This document shows, one piece after another, positions 13,311 through 21,641 of a DNA stretch of 64,000 nucleotides. Both the position numbers and the translations under genes were made by a program. Positions within the stretch are counted from its first letter, which is position 1. Each line of letters starts with the position of its first letter. Origin of the DNA: Scenedesmus sp. PABB004 (Eukaryota); NCBI GenBank assembly GCA_014905635.1, contig JABVCE010000011.1, positions 186,001 through 250,000 on the forward strand. Reading direction: 5' to 3'. The notes below the pieces were generated by a model, which was not told the DNA's origin, did not search any database, and worked only from the letters and a program-made list of their open reading frames with translations.

Positions 13311-13450
13311 GATGCGACAGGGACCGCGCCGTGTGGGCAGCTGCGGCCGCTGCCGCCGGCGCGCCCCGCTGCCGCCGGCGCGGTCAACGCTGCGTCACCG
13401 GCGGCGTGCGCGGCGGGGCAGCGCCTGGCGGCAGCGCGCGTGGCGCACGT
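13311..13450 (+). repeat. Left arm of a diverged inverted repeat (partner at 16616-16749)
   Basis: Exact reverse-complement blocks in the same order: 13323-13335/16715-16727, 13358-13381/16679-16702 (24 bp), 13386-13394/16667-16675, 13397-13412/16651-16666. Confidence 0.75.
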
Positions 13451-13793
13451 GCGCCGGCCAGCCGGGACCGGCGGCGGCCGCGTGGGCAGGGGTCGCGGGG
13501 GCCGCTGGCGCGACAGCGATCACTGGCGCCATCACCCTGCCTGCCCCGCCAGCACGGCGCGCCGCCCGCCCCGCCGGCCCGGGGGCGGCCGCCCGGGTCT
13601 GAGCACCGCATTTTCCCGCTGCGCGACGCGCGCTCGTATAGGTGTGTTGAACCGTTGACCGACAGTGCACGCGCGCGGTCCCAGCTTGTTACGATGGCTT
13701 GCGCTACACAACCACAACATCCAGGCGGCGCCCAACAAGCCAAGCGTGGCCCTGGGCCTGCACCGCTCTCTCAACCCCAGCCCCGGAACCTGC

Positions 13794-14257
13794 TTACGAC
13801 GCGGCCGCCGGCTTGGCGCTGGCAGCCGACGAGCCCACGGCGGCGGGCGCCCCGCCGCCGCCCTTGGCACCGCCGCCGCCGCCACCCGCCGCCGCTGCCG
13901 CCACGCTGCTGCCCGCGCCCCCGGCGGCCGAGGCCGCCGCGGCGCTGCTGCCCGCGGCCGCAGCGCTGCGGCTTCCCACGGCTGCGGCCGCCGCGGCCGC
14001 GGCGGCGGCTGCCGCGGCTGCAGCGACCGAGTTCGCGGCCGGCAGCGTGATGGCCTTCGCGGCGAGGATGCCCTGGCTGTTGTTGGTCGCCGCCGCCATG
14101 GCGGGCGCGGCGGGCGCGGCGGCAAAACTGTGCAGGCAGTTGGCGCCAGGCGCGAGCCGCACAATCTGCGGCAGCATCACGCCCGTCGGCAGCATGCCGC
14201 CCGCCGCCGCGGCGGCGCGCTGGCTCGCAGCCAGGGCCGCGAGCTGCACCATCGACA

Positions 14258-14308
<51 letters not shown>

Positions 14309-14494
14309 TGCCGCCCGCGCTGCCGCGCGCGCTGCCGCCCGCCGCCGCGGCCGCGGCCGCGGCCGTGGCGGCCAGCTGTGCTGCCTGCAGCTGCTGCAGC
14401 TGCGCCAGCGCGCTCGCCGGCAGCACGTATGTGAGGGGGACACCCATCGGCAGCATGACCTGCTGCGGCTGCCATGCTGCCGAGGCATCACCTG
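13794..14494 (-). other. Orphan terminal exon encoding a Gln/Ala/Gly-rich low-complexity protein tail
   Basis: Open frame ..GDASAAWQPQQVMLPMGVPLTYVLPASALAQLQQLQ..AKPAAAS ending in TAA at 13794, followed by UTR-like, more AT-rich sequence; no upstream exons recognisable. Confidence 0.5.
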
Positions 14495-14717
14495 CTCTGT
14501 TTGCGGGGCGCGCGTGGAGAAGCTGCGGGGCATCTATGGTCTGGTGCAGTGCCCCGGGTGCACGGTCGTCGCGCCGCGCGATGACAACGCGGCGCGCAAC
14601 ATCTGCGCGCTCACGCTGCACGAGTTGCTGCGCGGCGGCCGCGGCACGGCGGGCGGCGCGCGCCTCGCCGGCGCGTTCCGGCAGGCGGCCGCCGCCGCGG
14701 TGGACCCCCCGGCGTGA
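14481..14717 (+). mobile_element. C-terminal fragment of a TnpB/Fanzor-type RNA-guided nuclease (Zn ribbon plus RuvC-III), 5'-truncated
   Basis: TCSVCG-x-RGIYGLVQCPGC-x5-RDDNAARNI (RDDNAARNI at 14577-14603), stop at 14715-14717. This matches the CxxC..CxxC..RDxNAAxNI signature; no RuvC-I/II is visible upstream. Confidence 0.8.
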
Positions 14718-14744
14718 GCGGCGTGTGCGGTGCGCTGCGCTCTC

Positions 14745-14962
14745 CGTCCTGGGCAGGACGTTAAAAGGCCTCTTGCTGTTGTGTTGTGTTGCCAGGTTAG
14801 GTCAGGCGTGTGCGCGTGCGTTTCTCGCCTTGTCACCCGTTCCGGGTGGGGGGGACCCCTCGCGGGGCACCGACCTGCGGGCCGGTCCCAAACCGTTATG
14901 CCTCGCGCCGCTGTGGCCTGTTTCAGGCGGCCGGCGATCAGAGGATGCCCATGGTCGGTGTT
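14745..14962 (+). ncRNA. Candidate omega-RNA scaffold / element right end downstream of the Fanzor-like fragment
   Basis: Hairpins: CGTCCT/AGGACG (14745-14760), CACCCG/CGGGTG (14834-14848), CCCC/GGGG (14856-14867). A multibranch domain is closed by CACCGACC/GGTCGGTG (14868-14875/14953-14960) and encloses GGGC/GCCC, CGGT/ACCG, CCTC/GAGG, CGCCG/CGGCG and GCCTG/CAGGC. Confidence 0.6.
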
Positions 14963-15075
14963 GGCGGCGGCGGCGCGCGCGCGCGGTGGTGGCAGCGCCG
15001 CGCACGCGCGCCGCGCGCCCGCGGCGCCGGGGCGCCCCCGGGGCGCCCCGGCAGCCCCCATCCCCCCAGCCGCCG

Positions 15076-16114
15076 GTGTTGAGACCACCGGCCGGCGCTC
15101 CCACGGCGGTAGCGAGGCCGGGGAGCACGCCCCCCGGGGCGTCCATCGTCGCGTAGCCGCACTACGCGCTGGCGCAGCGGGGCATCCCCACGCACTATCG
15201 CGTCTCGCGCACCTACCAGACGCAGGGCGCGCCCTGCCGCCGGTGCGCCGGGGGCAGGACTGCGCGGGCAACGCGCTGCGGGCGCGGCGGTCCCCCGGCG
15301 CCGTCGCCGCGGTGCCGACGTCGCCGCTGCCCGCCGTCGCCGCTGCCCGCTGTCCAACTGCAGCCTGTTCAGGGACATGTGGGACAGGATGGCGAACTGG
15401 GCGCGCTGCAGCTACGAATGGAGCCGCGTCGCGTCGCTGCTGGCGCCCGCGGGGCGCCGCGCGCCGCAGCTCCACGAGCGCGCCTGGCGCGTGCGCGCGC
15501 AGGGGCCGGACGACATTGCCGCGCCGCGCACGAGATGCGCGCCATGAGCGGCGACACCACGCTGCCGCGCTGGCTGCACGACGAGGGCTGGGCGCAGCGC
15601 GGACACGCGCACTTGACGCATTCGGCTGTACCTCGAGAGCGGGGCGCACGGCGCCTTCATGCAGCTGCGCCGCGCTGAGTCCGGCCAGGTGCGCAGCTGC
15701 CCGGCAGCGGCGCTGCCGCCGCCGCCGGCGCGCCGGGCGGCCGCCCGCGCCGGCCGTGCTGCGACTTCTGAGCGCCCCAATGCTGCTGCCCGACAGGCGA
15801 CCCTGGTGCACGTGCCGTCGGGCGGCATGCTGCTGATGTGGGAGCATGGGCTGGAGCACGCGGCGTGGGTGCGGCCGGGCGAGGTGCGCCTCATGGCGCG
15901 CCTGCAGATGGGCTTCGGGCCCACGCTCGACTACTGCCGCGGCGGCTGCGGCATCCCCTCGTGCGAGGACATGCCGCACCGCGCGCGGGCGCAGCCGCCG
16001 CTGCTCGTGCCGGCCGCCGCGGTGGAGCTCGACCGCGCGGCCCCCAGCTGCGACGGCCACGGCGTCCCCTTCGCCGGTGCCGCGCCGGCCACCAGCAGCG
16101 GTGCGCTGGTGTGA
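15076..16114 (+). pseudogene. Decayed spliced gene with 2OG-Fe(II) dioxygenase-like C-terminal motifs
   Basis: Phase-compatible introns 15243-15372 and 15689-15796. Pieces read WLHDEG / IRLYLESGAHGAF / VHVPSGGMLLMWEHGLEHAAWVRPGEVRLMAR. In-frame TAG at 15154-15156 and frameshifts near 15520 and 15618. Confidence 0.45.
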
Positions 16115-16615
16115 CCGCCGCCGTCGCAGCAGCCGCCGCTCGGCGCCGCGCCGGTGGTCGCGCCCTGGCCGCTGGGCCAGGGCTGGGCGGGCTCGGCGGC
16201 TGCCGCGGAGCTGTGGCGCAGCGGCGCCGCCGCCGGCGGCTTTGGCGGGGCCGGGGGCGGCCGTGCCGCGAGCGTGCTGCGCGCCAACACGGTGCTCGAG
16301 TGGAATGAAGATTACATCGAGTGAGCCTGCTGCACTTGTGCGCGCACCGCGCGCGCACTGCGCACCGCGCGCGCACGAGCCCCGCCGTGGCTGCCGGCGC
16401 GCGCTCGGCGCCGCGCCGGCAGTCGCGATCGGCGCCGCGGCGGCAGTCGCGCTCGGCAGGCTGGGGGCGTGTGGTGTATGATGTGGCGGACGCTGCGCTG
16501 GCCGGGCGTGCGCCAGCGTGTCATTCAGTCGGGCGGCGTGTGCAGCACGAGCACCCGCCGCCGCCGCACCGGCCAGCCGGCGCTGATCGATGACGCAGAG
16601 CTCTTTTGCTGCGCG

Positions 16616-16749
16616 CCGGGCGCCACGCGCGCCGCCGGGCGCCGCCCCAGCGCGCACGCCGCCGGTCGCAGCGTTCAAGCGCCGGCGGCAGCGGGGCGCG
16701 CCCGCGGCCGCCCACACACGGCGCGGTTGCTGCCGCGACGCATCGCATC
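16616..16749 (-). repeat. Right arm of the diverged inverted repeat (partner at 13311-13450)
   Basis: Reverse complement aligns in blocks to 13311-13450. Confidence 0.75.
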
Positions 16750-16935
16750 GCCGCGCGTCGGATTGGCGTTGCGAGCAAAGTGTCAGGGCGGTTCTGCCGG
16801 CGCGGTTCAGTCGGATCTCCTGCCCGCCCCGTCGCGCTTAGCCCCCCCGCTGCGCCCCGCCGCAATTGCCACTCCCGATCGCCCCACGCCCCCATCGGCC
16901 ATCCGCCCCCGGTGCGCCCCGCGCCGCCCGCCAAG

Positions 16936-18470
16936 ATGCAGACCCTCCAGTCCACCCGCGCGACCAACGGCGCCAAGTGGACGATGGCCAAGAAGTTCAG
17001 CCTCCCCAGCTTCGGCGGCGGCAAGGCGGCGCCCGCCAAGTCGGCGAGCCGTAAGGTGGCCAAGGCCGCGCCCGCGCCCGTGAAGAAGGCCGGCACCGTC
17101 TCCACCGGCACCCGCAAGGGCGGCGTGGGCTACAGGAAGTACCAGGGCGACGCGCTCTGGCTCCCCAACACCACCCGCCCGGGCTGGCTCGACGGCAGCC
17201 TCCCCGGCGACCGTGGCTTCGACCCGCTCGGCCTCTCCCGCCCCAGCGACTTCGTGCAGATCGGCGTCGACGAGAACGACATCAACGCGTCCAAGAACTT
17301 CAAGGCCGGCGTGCAGGGCACCTTCGCGGCCGCGCCCGATGAGGTGTCCGAGACCCGCCTCGCGCCCTACAGCGAGGTCTTCGGCCTGCAGCGCTTCCGC
17401 GAGTGCGAGCTGATCCACGGCCGCTGGGCGATGCTCGCGTGCCTGGGCTGCATCGTCGCCGAGGGCACCACCGGCGTGTCCTGGTGCGCGCGCGCCGCCG
17501 CTGCTGCGCCGCCCCGCGGGCCGCCGCGGCGCGCCCGCGCGCCGCCGCGGCCCCAGGACCCCCTGCGGCGCACCCCCAGCGCCGCGGCGGCCGCCTCGGC
17601 GCCGCCACGGCGCGATCGCGCGCCGGCGCGCGGCCCGATCTGGCGCCGCCGCGCCGCGCGCGCGCCCGGATCTGGGGCGCGCCCCGCGCCCGCAGCGCGC
17701 GCCGCCGCGCGCGCGCCGCCGCACGCCGACCCCTCCGCCCGCCCGCCCTCCCGCCCGCGTGCAGGGTGGAGGCCGGCAAGGTCGAGCTCGACGGCGCGAC
17801 GTACGCCGGCTTTGCGCTGCCGTTCTCCATCACCCAGCTGGTCTGGATCGAGGCCATCCTCGTCGGCGGCGCCGAGGTGTACCGCAACACCGAGCTCAAC
17901 CCCGAGAAGCGCCTCTACCCCGGTGAGCCACGCCCGCCGCGCCCGCCGCGCCGCGCGCCGCGCCCGCCGCCGCGCGACCCGCGCGACCCGCCAGCCGGCG
18001 GGCTGCCGCCGGGCCGTCCCTCTCTCTCTCTCCGGCGCGCGCGCGCGATCGCGACGCCCGCCGCCGCCGCCGCTCACCCCGCGCGCCGCCTCTCTCCCGC
18101 GCGCCCGCCCGCCCGCCCTGGTCGCCAGGCGGCTTCTTCGACCCCCTGGGCCTCGCCGGCGGCGACGACGCGGACAAGGTGTTCCGCCTCAAGACCGCTG
18201 AGATCAAGCACGGCCGCCTCGCAATGGTCGGCTTCCTGGGTGAGACGGCGCACCGCACCGCACCGCCGCGCTGCAGCACAGCGCGGCGCCCGAGACGGCA
18301 GCCTCTGGGCCGCGCGGCAGGCGCGCGCGCTGCCGGCCGGGCCGGGCCGGGCCGCCGCCTGACCGCGCCCCCCGTGCCCCCGCCGCGCGCGCGCAGGCTA
18401 CGGCGTGCAGGCGCTGTCGACCGGCGAGGGCGCCCTCGGCTCCCTGGCCAAGTTTGGCGACTCCTTCTAA
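16936..18470 (+). CDS. LHCB4: Minor PSII antenna protein CP29, 4 exons
   Basis: [89 protein letters not shown]; stop TAA at 18468-18470. Confidence 0.97.
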
Positions 18471-19249
18471 GCAGCAGTCCCTGCCAGGCGCAGGCGCTGT
18501 GCCGCGGCAGGCGGGGGCGGGGGGCCCGCGCCGGCGCGCGCGCCGCCGCCCCCGGCCTTCAGCAGGGCCCCCGCTCGGGAGGCGCCGGGGCCGCCCGCGC
18601 GGCGCGGCAGCAGGCCGCTGCCGCCGCCGGCGGGCGCGGGCGCACGCAGGAGTGGCGCGCGCCTGGCGCCGAGCGCTCTGGTGTGAACGGCGGTGTCCGG
18701 GCGCGGCGCGGCCGCCGCGCGCAGCTCGGCCGGTGCAGCCGCCTGAGCGCTGTGCGGCTGCGAGCTCGACGGCGCCACGCGGGCGCCTCGCAGCCGCCGC
18801 AGCTGCTGCCGTGCAGCGGCGGCGGCCGCGCCGCGTGTAGTTTGGTGCGACTGGGCGCGCGTGCGTGTGTTTTAGCTCAGCGAGTGTTAGGACTGCGGCG
18901 GCGCGGCGGCGGCCTTTGCGTGCCGCCGCCGGCAGCCGCCGCCGGCCGGCTGCAGCGCGGCAAAGGGGCAGCCGGGGCATCCGCGGGCGCAGCGGCGCGC
19001 CGCGGGTGTGGCCGCGCGGGCCCCCGCCCCGGGCCCGCGGCGGGCGACGGAGCGAGGACCGGGGACGCTGCGGCGGCGCGCGCGTGATGGTGGCCGCCTG
19101 CGAGCAGCAGAGTTGGTGTACATCGCATTTTGGGCTCTGCTCGCGGCGCGCGCGTAACCCCGCGGTCTGTGTGTGCCTTGGACCGCGCGGCCAGCCCCAG
19201 ATCGCGCGCGCGCGGCAGCAGCAGCAGCCCAGCCTCGCGTTACCCAGAG

Positions 19250-20680
19250 TCAGCCCCGCCGCCGCGCGCCGCCGGCGCGTCCCCCGAGCTCGATGCGCGC
19301 GCCCGCGCCGCCGCCCGCGCCGTCGCCGCTCGCCGGCAGCACTGGGCGGTACGCGGCCTCGAGGTCGCGCGGCGCCTCGGCGGCCTTTGACACGGCGTAG
19401 AGGTAGAGCTGTCGGTTGAACGCCCCCTCCGTGCCCGCCTTGCCGAGCGCGTGGTCGAGCGCCCACGCGCTGTAGCGCCGCACGTATGGCTCCGCGACGC
19501 GCCAGCTCGACTTTACGAACAGCGTCTCGTAGGGGTGCTGCGACACGCCGTCGTACGTCCCCGCGCGGCTCGGGTGCACGTTGTCGTTGCACGCCCAGTG
19601 CCGCGAGTCGGTCCAGTCGGTGCCGCGCGCGTAGCGCGAGAGGAGCGTCGCGACGTTGTAGCCGGCGGCAAACATGGACGTCGTGATGCCGTACTCGCCG
19701 CCCACGACGATGCCGGCGTCGCTGTCACGGCAGAGCTTGCACCCGCGCAGCACAAACACGCCGCCGCCGACCGCCGCGGCGAGGCCCTCCTGGTCGAGCG
19801 CAAACGCCCAGCTCTCGAGCCGCGGCCCCGGGCCCGCCGCGTCGGACGCGGGCAGGCAGACGAGGCTCGCGCCGACCGCGTGCACGGGCGGGCCGGGCGG
19901 GCCCGCGGGGTGCAGCGCGGCGCCGGCGCCGCCGGCGCCGCCGCCGCCGCCGAGCGCCGTCGGCGGCGGCTGGAACGCCTCGAGGAACGCGGCCGTCCAG
20001 TGCCACTCGGGCGGCGTCCAGGCCGGCAGGAAGGGCCCCTTGACGCTGCTGTTGAGGAAGATAAAGTACTTGTACCGCCGCAGCACGCCCTGGTAGCTGA
20101 GCCACTCGAGCGTCGCGTTGTGCGCGCCGAGGTCCATGCCCACGTTCTCGGAGCGCAGCAGGAGGCTGAACTTGTCGTTGTAGGCCGCCTCCTTGATCCC
20201 GAGCGCGCTGAGGTCGCCGCCGGCGCGCGAGGCGAGGCCGCCGTAGAGCGCGGCGCACGGCGCGCACGCGCCGCCGCTCACGACAAAGACCCAGTGCATC
20301 GAGGCGTGCAGCGCGGGGTAGTGCGCGCCGACGGCGAGGAAGAACTCAAAGTTGGCGCGCTGCACGGCGTCCTTTTCGTAGTAGGCGTACGAGATGAGCA
20401 CCGGGTCCATCAGGTAGCGCGGCACGCGCGGCCGCCCGCCGAGCGGCGCGTACGACGTCGACGACGCAAACGCGAGCCACGCGAGCGCCCACGCGCCCGC
20501 CGCGGCGAGGAGCAGGTGCTGCAGGCGCCAGCCGCCGCCGGCGCCGCCGGCGGCGCTGCGCGCCGGGCCGCCGCCGCTGCGCAGCGGGCCGGCGACGCCG
20601 CGCAGCGGGCCGGCGCCGCCGCGGGCGGGGCCGGCGGCGTGGTGGTGGTGCGCCAGCAGCACCGGGCCGTGCTTGACCAT
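19250..20680 (-). CDS. Intronless type II membrane protein, RgpF (rhamnan synthesis F)-like putative glycosyltransferase
   Basis: Single 476-aa ORF with an N-terminal TM helix (LLLAAAGAWALAWLAFA) and motifs RSENVGMDLGAH, YKYFIFLNSSVKGPF, GEYGIT..GYNV and HPYETLFVK. Family assigned from memory. Confidence 0.7.
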   Translation of the reverse strand: MVKHGPVLLAHHHHAAGPARGGAGPLRGVAGPLRSGGGPARSAAGGAGGGWRLQHLLLAAAGAWALAWLAFASSTSYAPLGGRPRVPRYLMDPVLISYAYYEKDAVQRANFEFFLAVGAHYPALHASMHWVFVVSGGACAPCAALYGGLASRAGGDLSALGIKEAAYNDKFSLLLRSENVGMDLGAHNATLEWLSYQGVLRRYKYFIFLNSSVKGPFLPAWTPPEWHWTAAFLEAFQPPPTALGGGGGAGGAGAALHPAGPPGPPVHAVGASLVCLPASDAAGPGPRLESWAFALDQEGLAAAVGGGVFVLRGCKLCRDSDAGIVVGGEYGITTSMFAAGYNVATLLSRYARGTDWTDSRHWACNDNVHPSRAGTYDGVSQHPYETLFVKSSWRVAEPYVRRYSAWALDHALGKAGTEGAFNRQLYLYAVSKAAEAPRDLEAAYRPVLPASGDGAGGGAGARIELGGRAGGARRRG

Positions 20681-21641
20681 GGCTGGGCGGGGCACCGCGG
20701 CGCCGCTAGCTCATGCCGCCGCCGCCACGGCTGGCTGCCGCCGGCGCCCGTCGGCGCTGCTGCGTGCCGCTGCCGCCGCGCGGGCCTTGCCCCGCGGGGC
20801 GCAGCTGGGGGCTGGAGGAGCGGGGATGTGATCCGGGGGGAGCGCGTCCAGCCCGCGGGCGCTGCTGGGGCGGCGGGGGGGCAGGGCAGCAGCAGATGGC
20901 GAGGCCGCTGCGGCGCGCGGTGGGGTCCAGCTATCGCAGTGACGTGGCGTGCGGGTGTGACGGGCACGCGCGCGTCGGTGTGAGCGCCGCGTGCACTGCA
21001 CCCACAAGCGCTGCGCCACGCGCCGCTGCACCGCCGCTGCGGTTGACGCTCGGCCGCCGGCGCTTGACGCTCGACAGCCGCCGCGTCGCGCCGCCGCTAT
21101 GGGCTCGTTACTGCGCGAACTCTCAGACAACAGAAGAGAGAGAGAGAGAGACGGGCACGCAGCGTGCACCGGATCGGCAGTGCTGGCTCCAACGCCGCCC
21201 GCCCGCGCCCGCTCCGCCTGCGGGCGTCGTTCGCGCGCGCGCCGCCGCCGCCGCCTAGGCAGGGGCCCGGCGGCCAGGCCGGCCCCCCACCGCCGCGCCC
21301 GCCGTGCATGTACAGGCAACAGGCCGGCGCGGCGGGCAACGCGGCAGCAGCGTGCGCTCGCGCAAAGCAAAGACAGGGAGAGAGAGGTGAGGGACCGCGC
21401 CGGCTGCGTGAGGGCGTCAAAACTGACGAGCTGGCGCCTCGTCCGGCCCCCCAGCCCCGCTGGCCCGCCCGGCCGCCCAACCAAACTGACGCCGCGCAGC
21501 GCAGGTGTCGGCGCGCGCGCGTGCAGCGCTGCACGCGCGCGCGCCGTGCCGCACGCTGCCGCGCCCGCCGCGCCCCGGGGCGCCTCGGCACGCCCGGGCG
21601 CGCACGGACCGATCCGGCCGCCGCCCCGCCGCCTGCGCCGC

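Noticed and set aside
13665..14480. The full 350-aa ORF 13665-14717 as an intact Fanzor
   Set aside because: Upstream of ~14481 the frame is the antisense shadow of a low-complexity exon and has no RuvC-I/II or other TnpB features.
15614..15616. In-frame TGA before RIRLYL as selenocysteine
   Set aside because: It lies at a frameshift junction in a decayed gene; no SECIS or redox motif is recognisable.
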